NCBI GenBank assembly: GCA_964252075.1
Contig: CAXULY010000004.1
Span: 1 to 64,000 of the forward strand
Origin: an uncultured Deinococcaceae bacterium
GTDB lineage: Bacteria; Deinococcota; Deinococci; Deinococcales; Deinococcaceae
Direction of reading: 5' to 3'
Length of the DNA: 64,000 nt
How positions within the stretch are numbered: position 1 is the stretch's first letter; every line of letters starts with the position of its first letter. The translations under genes and the position numbers were made by a program. Positions 47,993-60,069 of the stretch are shown one piece after another. The notes under the pieces are model-generated. The model did no database searches, had not been told where the DNA came from, and was given only the letters and a program-made list of their open reading frames with translations.

Positions 47993-48020
47993 GCGGGCGC
48001 CCCACGAAGGGACGCCCGCG
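47993..48020. terminator. Hairpin between convergent genes
   Basis: gcgggcgccc..gggacgcccgc. Confidence 0.55.
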
Positions 48021-48035
48021 CTCAGTTCACTCGGG

Positions 48036-49397
48036 TCAGCCGCCCGTGGAGGTGCCGTCCGTGGACGTCCCGTCGGAGGACGTGCCGTCCGTCGAGGTGC
48101 CCGTGGTGTCGGTGGACGTGCCGGTGTCGGTCGTGGTGTCGCTGGCCGACGCGCCATCCGTGGAGGTGCCGTCGGTGGAGGTGCTGTCCGTCGGCGTGGC
48201 GGTGTCCGTGCTGGTCGAATCGCCCGAGGTGCTCGTGTCGGTGCTGGTCGAGTCGGTGGAGGTGGTGTCCGTCGTGCTCGCGCCCGTGGTCGAGGTATCA
48301 TCGCTGGGCGCCGTGCTGGCCGGAGCGGCGACCGGGAGGGCCGTCGAGGGGTCGCGGCCCACGCGCACGATGGTGAGGCCCAGCATCTGCGAGACGTCCA
48401 CGTTCACGCGCTCGCCGTTGCGCTCCAGCGTCACGGTCTGCGTGCCGCCGTCACTGCTGGGGGTGGTCGCCACGGTGCTGGTCGTGGCCGCCGTGCCGGT
48501 GCTGCTGGCGGCGTCCGTGGCGGCGGTGGTGCTGGTGTCGGTCGAGGTGGCGTCGGTGGCGGTCGTGTCGGTGCTGGCCGCGTCGCTGGTGCCCGTGGTG
48601 TCCGTCGTGGTGGTGTCGGTGGCGGTGCCCGCGTCACTCGTGCCCGTCGTGTCGGTCGCGGTGGCGTCCGTGCTGGTGCCGCTCGTGTCCGTGGACGTGG
48701 TGTCCGTCGTGCTGGTCGCGTCCGTCGCCGTGGTGGCATCGGTGCTGGTCGCATCCGTGCTGGTGGCGTCCGTCGTGCCCGCGTCGCTCGTGCCCGTCGT
48801 GTCGGTCGAGGTGGCGTCGGTGCTGGTGGCGTCGGTGCTGGTGGCGTCGGTGGCGGTCGTGTCGGTGCTGGCCGCGTCGCTGGTGCCCGTGGTGTCCGTC
48901 GTGGTGGTGTCGGTGGCGGTGCCCGCGTCACTCGTGCCCGTCGTGTCGGTCGCGGTGGCGTCCGTGCTGGTGCCGCTCGTGTCCGTGGACGTGGTGTCCG
49001 CCGTGCTGGTCGCGTCCGTCGCCGTGGTGTCCGTGGAGGAGGAAGTGTCGGTGCTGGCCGCGGCGGCGCTGGCATCCACCGGCTGGAAGCCCTGCGCCTG
49101 CAGCTGCTGCACGGTGTCGTTCAGCGCGTTCGGCAGGGCGCCCTGGTACACCACCACGCCGCCGAGCACGGTGGGCTGGGCGCGCAGGACGGTCGCGCCG
49201 CTCAGGGTGGGGAACGCCAGGTTGCCTGAAGGAAGCTGGACCTGCAGGGCCGAGGTGTCCACCGGGGCGGTCGTTGCCGTGCTGGTGTCGCTGCTGCCCG
49301 TGGTGCTGGTCCCCGTGGTGCTGTCCTGCGCCGCCGCCATTCCGAGACTCAGGAACAGGGTGGCTGTCAGAACGTTGGACCGAATGCTTTTAAACAT
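48036..49397 (-). CDS. Secreted Thr/Asp/Ser-rich low-complexity protein
   Basis: AAGGAGG SD, signal peptide (AAA/QD), long TDATST-type tracts. Confidence 0.85.
   Translation of the reverse strand: MFKSIRSNVLTATLFLSLGMAAAQDSTTGTSTTGSSDTSTATTAPVDTSALQVQLPSGNLAFPTLSGATVLRAQPTVLGGVVVYQGALPNALNDTVQQLQAQGFQPVDASAAAASTDTSSSTDTTATDATSTADTTSTDTSGTSTDATATDTTGTSDAGTATDTTTTDTTGTSDAASTDTTATDATSTDATSTDATSTDTTGTSDAGTTDATSTDATSTDATTATDATSTTDTTSTDTSGTSTDATATDTTGTSDAGTATDTTTTDTTGTSDAASTDTTATDATSTDTSTTAATDAASSTGTAATTSTVATTPSSDGGTQTVTLERNGERVNVDVSQMLGLTIVRVGRDPSTALPVAAPASTAPSDDTSTTGASTTDTTSTDSTSTDTSTSGDSTSTDTATPTDSTSTDGTSTDGASASDTTTDTGTSTDTTGTSTDGTSSDGTSTDGTSTGG
48547..49029. repeat. Near-identical ~189-bp direct repeat, period 294 bp
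   Basis: 48547-48735 matches 48841-49029 with about one mismatch. Confidence 0.85.
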
Positions 49398-49733
49398 GCA
49401 CTTCCTCCTTTGGCCTGCGGGAAGGGGGCCCGGACCCGCGCCTCACCTTCCCTTCCGGTTGATGAGTGTATGACCGCCCGATGTGGGTCTCGGGGCAAGT
49501 CGCCCAAATGGTCTTTTGGACAGTCTCATGAAATTCTCTGAATGCGAAAAACCAGACGCCGCACGCCGGGCTCCTTGAGCAGGGAGTGTGGCGAAAAACT
49601 GGCTCCTGCGGCTCAAGAACGAATTATGAGCGTCGGGTGCGCCTTCTCATTGCAGCATTTCAGGAGAGCGTGGCGCGGCGCACACACTCATGAAAAAGCT
49701 CGCCTGCCGTGTCGGCGGCCGTTCAAACGACGC

Positions 49734-50279
49734 TCAGTCGGCCGCGACCTGCAGGGCGTTCATGAGCCGCACGAAGGCCTGCGCCGTGACGCGCACATCT
49801 CCCATGCTGCGGTGCCGTCCACCCTCCTCGAACTCCAGGCCGAGGCGCTGCGCGAGCAGGTCCAGCTTGTGGCTGCGCTCGCCAGGGAAGGCGCGGCGGG
49901 AGAGCTGCATGGTGCACAGCTCGGCGCGCGGCGTCCAGAGGAGCCCCGCGCGTTTCGCGGCGGTCCGCATGAAGCCCGTGTCGAAGCTCGCGTTGTGGGC
50001 CACGACCGCCGAATCGCCCACGAACTTCAGGAAGTCGGGGAGCAGTTCGTCCATGGTGGGCGCGCCTGCCACGTGGCGGTCCGTGATGCCGTGAATGCGG
50101 GACACGCGCCACGGGATGCTGAGCACCTGCCCGCCCTCCGCGGTGGGTTTCACCAGGCTGTGGAACTGCTCGTCCTCGATGACCTCGCCGCCGCGCACGC
50201 GCAGCGCACCGATCTCCACGATGCCGTCCCGCTCTGGGGAGAGCCCGGTGGTCTCAAGGTCGAAGACGACGTAATCCAT
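49734..50279 (-). CDS. DEDDh 3'-5' exonuclease (DnaQ-like)
   Basis: DLETTG, HNASFD, HRSMGD. Confidence 0.93.
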   Translation of the reverse strand: MDYVVFDLETTGLSPERDGIVEIGALRVRGGEVIEDEQFHSLVKPTAEGGQVLSIPWRVSRIHGITDRHVAGAPTMDELLPDFLKFVGDSAVVAHNASFDTGFMRTAAKRAGLLWTPRAELCTMQLSRRAFPGERSHKLDLLAQRLGLEFEEGGRHRSMGDVRVTAQAFVRLMNALQVAAD

Positions 50280-50328
50280 TTGTGCGCCTCAGCGTAGCAG
50301 AGACGGCGGGCGGTGCGCCCTGCGCGGA

Positions 50329-50823
50329 TCACCAGCCCATGGTGCCGGGCTCGCCCTTGAAGGGCCCCACCACGTCGCGCGTGATCCATCCGCCGTAAAA
50401 GTTGCCGGGTTGCGGCGTGACGGTCTCGCCGTCCACCGCGCAGCGGTCCACGCGGCCCGCGTACAGCGCGATGTGCCCCGCGATGGGCGCGAAGTCCGGC
50501 GTGGGGTGCTCGTAACTCCACGCGGCGCCCGGCGCAGTCCGTCCGCCTGCCGTGAGGCTCCAGTAGCTCGCGCGGCCCTTCCACTCGCACACGCTGGCGC
50601 CCGGCGCGGGCGTGAGGACGCCCGGCAGGAAGTCCGCGCGGGGAATGTAGTAACCGGGCGGGTGGCTGGTTTCCAGCACCCGGTACGCGCCCGTGCTGTC
50701 CGCGATCTTCACGCCGCCCAGCCACACCTCGATGCGTTTCTCCGTGCGTTCCAGGCGCGGTGGGCGCGGGTAGTCCCACACGGACTCCTGGCCGGGAGCG
50801 GGCGGGATGGGGCGCGGCCTCAC
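50329..50823 (-). CDS. DUF427 family protein
   Basis: [36 protein letters not shown]. Confidence 0.9.
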   Translation of the reverse strand: MRPRPIPPAPGQESVWDYPRPPRLERTEKRIEVWLGGVKIADSTGAYRVLETSHPPGYYIPRADFLPGVLTPAPGASVCEWKGRASYWSLTAGGRTAPGAAWSYEHPTPDFAPIAGHIALYAGRVDRCAVDGETVTPQPGNFYGGWITRDVVGPFKGEPGTMGW

Positions 50824-51869
50824 GCGGCCTTCCGGCTGCGGCTGGCGCGCGCACGCAGGGCGGGCTCGGAGTCCAGCATGCGCTTGAGGGCCGCCTCCGA
50901 GCGGCTGAGGCCCTCCAGGGCGGGCGGCAGCCGACCCGCGCGCGGCTCGTAGTCGTCCAGCACCTTGCCCTCCAGGTAGCGGTCGAAGATGACGGGGCAC
51001 ACGTAGTGCGCGCGCGTCACGGCGGGCGTGTTCCCGAGGTCCTCCGCGACGGCCTTCACGCATGACACGAGGTGCTTGCGGGCGGCGCGCTCACTGTCCG
51101 CCACGCCGACTTCCGCGAGGTACTCGGCGGCGAGGAGCGTACCACCCCACGTGCGGAAGTCCTTCGCGGTGAAGGGCCCGATCAGTTCCCGCAGGTAGGC
51201 GTTCAGCTCCGGCGCGTGAATGCGGCGGCGCGCGCCGTCCTCCACCGCCTGGAAGAGCCACGGGCCAGGGAGTTCCAGCAGGCGCTCGATGAGCTTCGCG
51301 ATGGTGCGGTCCACGATGGTCTTGTGCTGCACGATGCCGTGCTTGCCCTTGAAGTGGAAGGTCACGCTGCTGCCCTCCACCCGCACGTGCCGCTGGCGCA
51401 GCGTGGAGAGGCCGTAGGTCTTGTGGTCGCGGGCGTAGGCGTCGCTGCCCACCCGGAAGCGCGCGACGTGCAGCAGGCGCGTCATGATCGCCATGACTTT
51501 GCGGGGCGGCAACTCCTGGCGGCGCAGGTCGCTGGCGGTGAGGGCGCGCAGTTCCGCGAGGGTGCCCGCGAAGCGCGCGAGGCGCTGCCACTTGCGCAGC
51601 GCGCCCGCCTGCAGGAAGTCCGGGTGGTAACGGTACTGCAACCGGCCCGCCGCGTCCCGCCCGAAGGCCTGCAGTTCCGCGTCCGGGTCCGGGGAGACGA
51701 ACACGTCCTGGTACGCGGGCGGCACGGCGAGGCCCGCGATGCGCGCGATGCCTTCGGTGTCCTCGTAAGGGGTGCCGTCCGGCCAGAAGTACCGGAAGGC
51801 GTCGGGCTTGTCGCCCTCGCGCCGCAGGTACTCGTCCTGCAGCATGGTCGTGCGGGGGACGGTGGTCAC
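50820..51869 (-). CDS. DNA topoisomerase IB (poxvirus-like bacterial type)
   Basis: [39 protein letters not shown]. Confidence 0.95.
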   Translation of the reverse strand: MTTVPRTTMLQDEYLRREGDKPDAFRYFWPDGTPYEDTEGIARIAGLAVPPAYQDVFVSPDPDAELQAFGRDAAGRLQYRYHPDFLQAGALRKWQRLARFAGTLAELRALTASDLRRQELPPRKVMAIMTRLLHVARFRVGSDAYARDHKTYGLSTLRQRHVRVEGSSVTFHFKGKHGIVQHKTIVDRTIAKLIERLLELPGPWLFQAVEDGARRRIHAPELNAYLRELIGPFTAKDFRTWGGTLLAAEYLAEVGVADSERAARKHLVSCVKAVAEDLGNTPAVTRAHYVCPVIFDRYLEGKVLDDYEPRAGRLPPALEGLSRSEAALKRMLDSEPALRARASRSRKAA

Positions 51870-52585
51870 GCGAGCACCTCCGCGTGCAGGGGCAGCTGCC
51901 AGTCGATGGGGTCCTCACCCGCCGCTTCCAGCGCGGCGTTCACCTGACTGAAGGGGCGGGTGCCCAGGAACTTCGCGACGCTCAGCGGACTGGGGTGCGC
52001 GCTCTCGATGATGGTGTGCTGCGCGCCCGTCACGAGTTTGGCCTTCTTGCGGGCGTACGCGCCCCACAGCACGAACACCACCCGCTGGGGCTTGTCGTTC
52101 AGGGCGCGAATCACGGCGTCCGTGAAGGCCTCCCAGCCGTGCCCGGCGTGGCTGTTCGGCTCGGCCTGCCGGACGGTCAGCACGGCGTTCAGGAGCAGCA
52201 CGCCCTGACTCGCCCAGTGCGCGAGGTAGCCGTGGCGCGGCGGCGTGAAGCCGGGAATGTCGGTTTTCAGTTCCTTGTAGATGTTCTGCAGGCTGGGCGG
52301 CGGGCGCACGCCCGGCTGCACGCTGAACGCCAGCCCGTGCGCCTGACCGGGACCGTGGTACGGGTCCTGCCCGAGAATCAGCACCTTCGCGTCCGCGTAC
52401 GGGGTGAGGCGCAGGGCGTTGAAGACCTCCTCCTCGGGCGGGAAGACGGTGTGCTGCGCGCGTTCCTGCGCCACGAACTCGCGCAGGGCCGCGAACGCCG
52501 GCGTCTCCGTCACGGGCGTCAGCAGCTCACGCCAGCCGTCGGGCACCGCCGGGAAGGGCGGCGCCTGCTCCCGGGGCGCGCTCAC
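51866..52585 (-). CDS. ung: Uracil-DNA glycosylase, family 1
   Basis: [26 protein letters not shown]. Confidence 0.97.
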   Translation of the reverse strand: MSAPREQAPPFPAVPDGWRELLTPVTETPAFAALREFVAQERAQHTVFPPEEEVFNALRLTPYADAKVLILGQDPYHGPGQAHGLAFSVQPGVRPPPSLQNIYKELKTDIPGFTPPRHGYLAHWASQGVLLLNAVLTVRQAEPNSHAGHGWEAFTDAVIRALNDKPQRVVFVLWGAYARKKAKLVTGAQHTIIESAHPSPLSVAKFLGTRPFSQVNAALEAAGEDPIDWQLPLHAEVLA

Positions 52586-53502
52586 GCCGCGCCGCCCGCG
52601 CGCCACGCGCGCAGGTGCTCGATGGCCTGCTCCTTGCCCTTGGCCTCCACCTCAATCCACGGCACGTCGTCGTACGCGCTGGGGAAGGCGGAGATCAGGT
52701 CGCTGTGCTTGCGGTCGCCCGGCCCCGCCACCCCGTTCGAGAGGTGCACCACCTGCCACTCCGGCGGGCTCCAGGTGGCGCGCGCCGCAAGCGTCCACTC
52801 GCGCACGCTGGGGTCGTCGAAGTCCGCGAGGCGGTCGTGCACCACGTGGTGGTGCGCGTCGAAGACCAGCGGCACGTTCGCGGCCTGACAGACGGGCAGC
52901 AGGTCGGCGGGGCCGAAGGCGCGCTCGTCGTTCTCCAGCGCGAGGCGCGTGCGCGCCTGCGGCGGCAGGGCCAGGATGGCGTCCAGCAGTTCCTGCGGGC
53001 GCCCGCCCTTCCCGCCGTGCAGGATGATGGTGTTCCAGGTGCTGCGCTCGAAACCCATGCGGTCCATCACGTCCGCGTGAAACATCAGGGCCTGCACGCT
53101 GTTCGCCGCAACCTGGGGCGACACGCTGTTCAGCACGATGAACTGGTCCGGGTGAATGAGGACCCGCACGCCCAGCGCGCGCGCCGACTCGCCCACCCGC
53201 GCGAGTTCCGGCGCGAGGGACGCCAGCACGCCCGCCCCCACCCCGTCCTCCAGGTCCCCGATGGGGAACAGCGCGGCGGACATGCGGTACAGCCGGATGC
53301 CGCGCGCCTCGCAGTACGTCAGGGCGTTCATGAGGCGACCCAGGTTGTCGCGGTACAGCGCCTCCAGGGTGGGGGCGCGCTCCTCCTCGGGCAGCATCCG
53401 GTAGCGCGTGAGGGTGATGGTGCGGAAGCGCACCTCCGGCCCGATGGTCATGCACACCAGCCCCAGTTCGGGGTTCGCGGCGTTCAGCTGCGGGTCAGTC
53501 AC
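52582..53502 (-). CDS. uvsE: UV damage endonuclease (UVDE)
   Basis: [42 protein letters not shown]. Confidence 0.94.
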   Translation of the reverse strand: MTDPQLNAANPELGLVCMTIGPEVRFRTITLTRYRMLPEEERAPTLEALYRDNLGRLMNALTYCEARGIRLYRMSAALFPIGDLEDGVGAGVLASLAPELARVGESARALGVRVLIHPDQFIVLNSVSPQVAANSVQALMFHADVMDRMGFERSTWNTIILHGGKGGRPQELLDAILALPPQARTRLALENDERAFGPADLLPVCQAANVPLVFDAHHHVVHDRLADFDDPSVREWTLAARATWSPPEWQVVHLSNGVAGPGDRKHSDLISAFPSAYDDVPWIEVEAKGKEQAIEHLRAWRAGGAA

Positions 53503-54046
53503 GCTGCACCTTCAGCTCCCCGCGCTCCACCCGCTCCGCCTCCTCCGGGTAGCGCTCCTGCCACTTCTGCCAGCCCTCCTCCGGGTAGGCGCGCTTCGCT
53601 TCCGCCGCAAACAGCGCGGCGCCCTCGCGCTCCAGGTCCGGCACCGGGCAGGGCAGCACCTCCACGTCGCGCATGGCGGGGTGCTCGTTCCACGCGATCA
53701 GGCGGCCCGAGCCGCCCCACGGGTCATCGGTCGCCCACACGAGGCGCCCCACGCCCAGCATGGCGCTGCCCCCGCCGCACATCAGGCACGGCTCCAGGCT
53801 GGTGTACAGCGTGAGTTCCTGCGGGTTCTCCAGCTTGCCCACCTGGAAGAACAGGTCCATCTCGGCGTGCGCGACGGAGGCGTGCCCCACGTGCTCACCC
53901 GTCTGCGCTTCGCCCGTGCGGTTGCGCCCGCGCGCCACGATCTCGCCCGAGGCGTCCACCAGCACGGCCCCGACGGGCGAACTGCCCGCCGCGGTGCCCT
54001 CACGCGCGAGCCGCAGGGTCTCTCTGAGGTACTTGGCGTGATCCAT
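53495..54046 (-). CDS. Zn-dependent nucleoside/nucleotide deaminase (TadA/CDA superfamily)
   Basis: [18 protein letters not shown]. Confidence 0.92.
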   Translation of the reverse strand: MDHAKYLRETLRLAREGTAAGSSPVGAVLVDASGEIVARGRNRTGEAQTGEHVGHASVAHAEMDLFFQVGKLENPQELTLYTSLEPCLMCGGGSAMLGVGRLVWATDDPWGGSGRLIAWNEHPAMRDVEVLPCPVPDLEREGAALFAAEAKRAYPEEGWQKWQERYPEEAERVERGELKVQRD

Positions 54047-54124
54047 GCCGTCAGCCTCGGCTGAAACAGCGCGGGAGATGGTGTGAAATGCGCGCAGGGA
54101 GCTTGAGAGTGCAGCGGTCGGCAC

Positions 54125-54628
54125 CTACAGAGCCGAGATGCCGATGGTCACCGTGGTGAAGTTGGGTGCACCTGGGAAGACCGCACAGACCAGCTCGGAG
54201 GTCCGGCCCGTCACGCTCCGGAAGCGCTGGCCCTCGTTGATCCGGTTCACGCTGGCATAGGCAGGGTTAACCCCGGACACGGCGGTTTCGGGCGACCGGC
54301 CACACGGCGCCAGCTGGCCGAGGCGCCGCCCGGCCAGCTGGCGCGCCAGCACGTCCGGCTCAGCCTTGCTGTCGGGCAGGTTCAGCACCGCGTTCAGGCT
54401 GGGCCCGCCGCGTCCGCCGCTGCTCACGTGCAGCACGCCAGCGAGGGCGTCCAGGCGGTACAGCCAGACGGTGTGGCCGCGCTCGTGGCTCGTGCGCTCC
54501 AGCGAACACCGCGCCGCCCGGCAGAAGGCGCTGCCCAGCAGCACCTTTGGCTCGGTGAACGCGTCTGGCGGGGGCGCCGCCAGGGCGAGGGACCACAGGG
54601 GCAGGGCCAGCAGCGGCCAGGGGCGCAT
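54125..54628 (-). CDS. Hypothetical secreted protein (4 Cys)
   Basis: Signal peptide ending ALA; TACGGT 6 nt before the ATG. Confidence 0.65.
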   Translation of the reverse strand: MRPWPLLALPLWSLALAAPPPDAFTEPKVLLGSAFCRAARCSLERTSHERGHTVWLYRLDALAGVLHVSSGGRGGPSLNAVLNLPDSKAEPDVLARQLAGRRLGQLAPCGRSPETAVSGVNPAYASVNRINEGQRFRSVTGRTSELVCAVFPGAPNFTTVTIGISAL

Positions 54629-54644
54629 GACTCCACCGTACCCC

Positions 54645-55496
54645 TCAGGGCAGCGGCAGGAACTCGAAGATGTGGCCGTCCGGGTCGCGCACCGCGAGGC
54701 CGCGCTCGTCGCGCAGGTGCGGCAGGCCCTCGGCCTTCACGAGGCGCGCCACGCGGTCCACGTCCGCGTAGAAGCGCACGGTGGCGTGGTCGCCGCCCTG
54801 CATGTCCGCAAGGCCCACCTGCGGGTCCCAGGCGTACAGCCAGCGCTGCGGGGTGCCGTTGCCGTCCTCGGCGGGCTGTGGGGCGAGCGTGAACTGCGCG
54901 AAGTCCCGGTCGTCCTGCTCCTTCGCGAAGGCGAGGCCGTAGGCGCGCGGCAGGCGCGCCTTCATGGCGGCGTAGTCCTTGAAGCCGAGCGCCACCTCGC
55001 GCAGGCCCAGCACGGGCAGGGTGTACTCGGCGTGCGGGCGGTCCTGCGCGCGCGGCGGGAAGTGCGACTGGCGCGCGTCATCGGGGTGCACGCCGCGCAA
55101 CTCCAGGCCGTGCCCGAAGGGGTCGAAGAAGTACAGGGTGGGGTCGGGCGGCCCTTCCCCCTGCGCCATGTCCACTTCCGTCCACTTGATGTCGTGGATC
55201 TCCAGCAGTTCGCGGCAGCGGTCGAGGTCCGTCATGAGGACCTGGAAGGCGAAGTGCAGGTGCGACGCGCCGCGCACGCCGAGCGGCGCGAGGCGCGCGT
55301 CATTGGCCTGCCGCGTGACGGGCCGCCACAGGCTGAGGGTCTGCCAGGGGTTCACCCGGAGGTCCGTCACGCCGCGCGCGTCATCGATGGTTTCGGTGGT
55401 GAGGCCCAGCACCTGCGTGTAGAAGCGGTGCGCGCGGCGCAGGTGGTGCACTTCCAGCGCCACGCCCGCGAGGTCCAGCACAGGAGAATCGGTCAC
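54645..55496 (-). CDS. Two-domain VOC/glyoxalase family protein
   Basis: FYTQVLGL, HLHFAF, YFFDPFGHGLE, RDPDGHIFEF; start approximate. Confidence 0.85.
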   Translation of the reverse strand: MTDSPVLDLAGVALEVHHLRRAHRFYTQVLGLTTETIDDARGVTDLRVNPWQTLSLWRPVTRQANDARLAPLGVRGASHLHFAFQVLMTDLDRCRELLEIHDIKWTEVDMAQGEGPPDPTLYFFDPFGHGLELRGVHPDDARQSHFPPRAQDRPHAEYTLPVLGLREVALGFKDYAAMKARLPRAYGLAFAKEQDDRDFAQFTLAPQPAEDGNGTPQRWLYAWDPQVGLADMQGGDHATVRFYADVDRVARLVKAEGLPHLRDERGLAVRDPDGHIFEFLPLP

Positions 55497-55501
55497 GCGC
55501 T

Positions 55502-55792
55502 TCAGTCGTGCCCCACCACGGCGGCGCTGGCGTCCAGCGAACCCCCGAGGTGGTGGGCGTCCGTGTCGATCAGCCCCGCGAACCGCAGGTGCCGCTGGCA
55601 GATGAACCACAGCTCATCGCGGTCGTTCGCGAGGATGAAGTACGCGTCCGAGGTTTCCGAGGGGCTGTGCGCGCCCAGCACGCGGTACAGCTGCCCGTTG
55701 GAGAAGCCGCTCTCCAGGGGCCTCGGCACGGGCGAGCGCGGGCCCTCAAGCTGCTGCACGCGCACGAACATGTGGGGGTGAAACGCGATCAT
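55502..55792 (-). CDS. Small hypothetical protein
   Basis: Host-like frame; AYFILANDRDELWFICQRHLRF. Confidence 0.75.
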   Translation of the reverse strand: MIAFHPHMFVRVQQLEGPRSPVPRPLESGFSNGQLYRVLGAHSPSETSDAYFILANDRDELWFICQRHLRFAGLIDTDAHHLGGSLDASAAVVGHD

Positions 55793-55909
55793 GCCTCATC
55801 GTGGTCCTGATGGGTTTCCCTGAAGGGAGCGGATGCGACAAGCCTAAGCGCCGCTGAAGGGACGCTCAGGCTCAGCTGAAGGGAAGGGGCTGGTCGAGGC
55901 GCGTCCGTC

Positions 55910-57724
55910 TCACGGGGCGTCCGACGCCGCCCTGATCAGGGCCTGGTGGGCGGCGCGCAGGCGGGCCACGTCCACCTTCATCACGCGCCGGTCGTAGGTC
56001 ATGAGGCCGTTCACCTCGCCCTCCACGTCGGTGATCTCGGTGTAGATGGCGGCACTCAGCCCGGCGTTCGTGGCGAGATCCCGCACCTTGTCGAGCAGGC
56101 CGAGGTAGCGGCGGTTCAGGGTGGCGGCGTCCGGCTGCATCTCGTACGAGAAGCTCGCTTCGGGGTCCCACTGGTGGCCCGCGACCTTCAAGCCCAGCCC
56201 GCCGAACTCCCCGAGCACGCCCGCGCGGCGCGCGCTGGGTGGGGGCGCGCCCGGCCCGACGTACACGTGCCAGTCCGCGAGGTCGCCGTTCCCGCCGTCC
56301 CTGGCGCCGCAGCAGTTGATGCCGCTCATGTTGTCCACGAGGCGGCTGGGGTCCCAGCGCTTCACGGCGGCGGCGAGGCCCGCTTGGTTGAACTGCCCCC
56401 AACCCTCGTTCTGGTTCACCCACACGATGAGGGCGGGCGAGGAGCGGTGCTGGTCAATGATGCGCCGCCACTCGCGCGTGAACTCGTTCTGCGCCTCAGG
56501 GGTGGGCGCCTGGTTGCTGAGCATGGCGGGCATGTCCTGCCACACCAGGAGGCCGAGTTTGTCCGCCCAGTAGTACCAGCGTTGCGGCTCCACCTTGATG
56601 TGCTTGCGGACCATGTTGAAGCCGAGTTTCTTCTGCTGCTCCAGGTCGAAGCGCAGGGCCGAGTCGGTGGGCGCGGTGTACAGGCCGTCCGGCCAGTACC
56701 CCTGGTCGAGCGTGCCGACCTGGAACACGAAGCGGCCGTTCAGGACGGGGCGCACGGTGCCGTTCACCTGCTGCAGACCGATGGAGCGCATCCCGAAGTA
56801 GCCCTGCACGCGGTCCTGCGCCGACCCGCCGCCCTCCAGGGTGGCGGTCAGGGTGTACAGGTAAGGGTCGTCGGGCGTCCAGAGGTGCGCGTTCGGGATG
56901 GGCAGGCGCAACTCGCGCCCCACCTCGCCCGTCACGGTGCCCACGGTGGTGCCGCCCGCCTTCGCCACCACCCGCACGGAGCGGCCCGTGGCGCCTTCCC
57001 CCTGCACGGTGACGCGCAGCGCGCCGCCCGGTACATCCGGCGTGAGGTCCAGCCTCGTGATGTGCGCGGGCGCGACGGGCTCCAGCCACACCGTCTGCCA
57101 GATGCCAGACACCGCCGTGTAGAAGATCTCGCCAGGGTCCAGGCGCTGCTTCCCGAGCGGCTGCCCGCCCAGGTCGCTGGGGTCAATGACGCCCACGATC
57201 ACCTCGTTCACGCCGGACCGCAGGTTGGGGGTGATGTCGAAGCTGAAGCTGTCGTAGCCGCCCTGGTGCGCGCCGACCTTGCGGCCGTTCACGTACACGG
57301 TGGTGGCATAATCCACTGCGCCGAAGTTCAGGAGCACGTGACGGCCCCGCCAGCCCGCCGGGACGCTGAAGGTGCGGCGGTACCACAGGGCGGGCTCACC
57401 GCGCTGCACGCCCGAGAGCGCGGACTCCACGGGGAACGGCACCAGCACCGTCTCGGGGAGGCGCTGCCCGACGGGCGGCGCCTCGTCCGCGCCCGCCGCC
57501 TTGAACTGCCACTGGCCGTTCAGGTTCAGCCACTCGCGGCGCACCATCTGCGGCCGCGGGTACTCGGGAAGGGGCAGGGTGGTGGACACCTGCGCCGTCC
57601 AGGGCGTGGCGAGGGGCGGCGTTCGCGGCATGAGGGGCCGCACACCCGGTTCCGCGAGCGCGCCCCCCAGCAGGAGGCCCGCCGCCAGCACCACCGTTCG
57701 CCTGCTTCGCCCACCCGTTCGCAT
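55910..57724 (-). CDS. Secreted glycoside hydrolase family 2
   Basis: EYPRPQM, LNFGAVDY, SGIWQTVWLE, NEGWGQ acid/base, GEFGG nucleophile. Confidence 0.93.
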   Translation of the reverse strand: MRTGGRSRRTVVLAAGLLLGGALAEPGVRPLMPRTPPLATPWTAQVSTTLPLPEYPRPQMVRREWLNLNGQWQFKAAGADEAPPVGQRLPETVLVPFPVESALSGVQRGEPALWYRRTFSVPAGWRGRHVLLNFGAVDYATTVYVNGRKVGAHQGGYDSFSFDITPNLRSGVNEVIVGVIDPSDLGGQPLGKQRLDPGEIFYTAVSGIWQTVWLEPVAPAHITRLDLTPDVPGGALRVTVQGEGATGRSVRVVAKAGGTTVGTVTGEVGRELRLPIPNAHLWTPDDPYLYTLTATLEGGGSAQDRVQGYFGMRSIGLQQVNGTVRPVLNGRFVFQVGTLDQGYWPDGLYTAPTDSALRFDLEQQKKLGFNMVRKHIKVEPQRWYYWADKLGLLVWQDMPAMLSNQAPTPEAQNEFTREWRRIIDQHRSSPALIVWVNQNEGWGQFNQAGLAAAVKRWDPSRLVDNMSGINCCGARDGGNGDLADWHVYVGPGAPPPSARRAGVLGEFGGLGLKVAGHQWDPEASFSYEMQPDAATLNRRYLGLLDKVRDLATNAGLSAAIYTEITDVEGEVNGLMTYDRRVMKVDVARLRAAHQALIRAASDAP

Positions 57725-57807
57725 GCCGCCCCACCCCTCTTCCGGCCCGCGGCCGGACGCGCGTGTTCTTTGCTGGTGTTGGCCTGCAGTGTATCGGGTG
57801 CGGGCAG

Positions 57808-57851
57808 AACACAGCGGAGGGCCCGGCAGGTGCCGGGCCCTCCGCTGTGTT
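57808..57851 (-). terminator. Long hairpin after uvrB
   Basis: aacacagcggagggcccggca-gg-tgccgggccctccgctgtgtt. Confidence 0.75.
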
Positions 57852-57855
57852 GGGG

Positions 57856-59868
<2,013 letters not shown>

Positions 59869-59877
59869 CCCTCTATT

Positions 59878-59894
59878 TTACGCCAAAAACGTAG
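59878..59894. promoter_or_regulatory. RDRM (DdrO operator) overlapping the uvrB -10 box
   Basis: TTACGCCAAAAACGTAG 17-bp imperfect palindrome; minus-strand TAAAAT 6 nt before the ATG. Confidence 0.85.
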
Positions 59895-60069
59895 TTATGG
59901 TGTCATCGGCCTTACAGCTTAGGCGGCCCTGCCCTCATTTTTTGACTCGGGTCAGACTTTCGGTGGAGGCGGGAACCACTCACGAACGTGTAACGTACCA
60001 GTTGTTACAGTGGCCTCAGAAGCCGCTCACAAGATCAAGGTCCCGGTCTGCCGGGCGAAGGAGTTCTGA

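Noticed and set aside
48547..49029. Repeats as a CRISPR array
   Set aside because: In-frame coding repeats with no unique spacers and no cas genes
47800..49473. Val/Ser-rich 557-aa plus-strand ORF
   Set aside because: Mirror of the Thr/Asp/Ser protein, which has the SD and signal peptide
49500..49733. TCA/TGA-rich motifs here and near 1200, 21157, 31100 and 34487 as CRP/DdrI-like sites
   Set aside because: Spacing is inconsistent and I could not derive a consensus by eye
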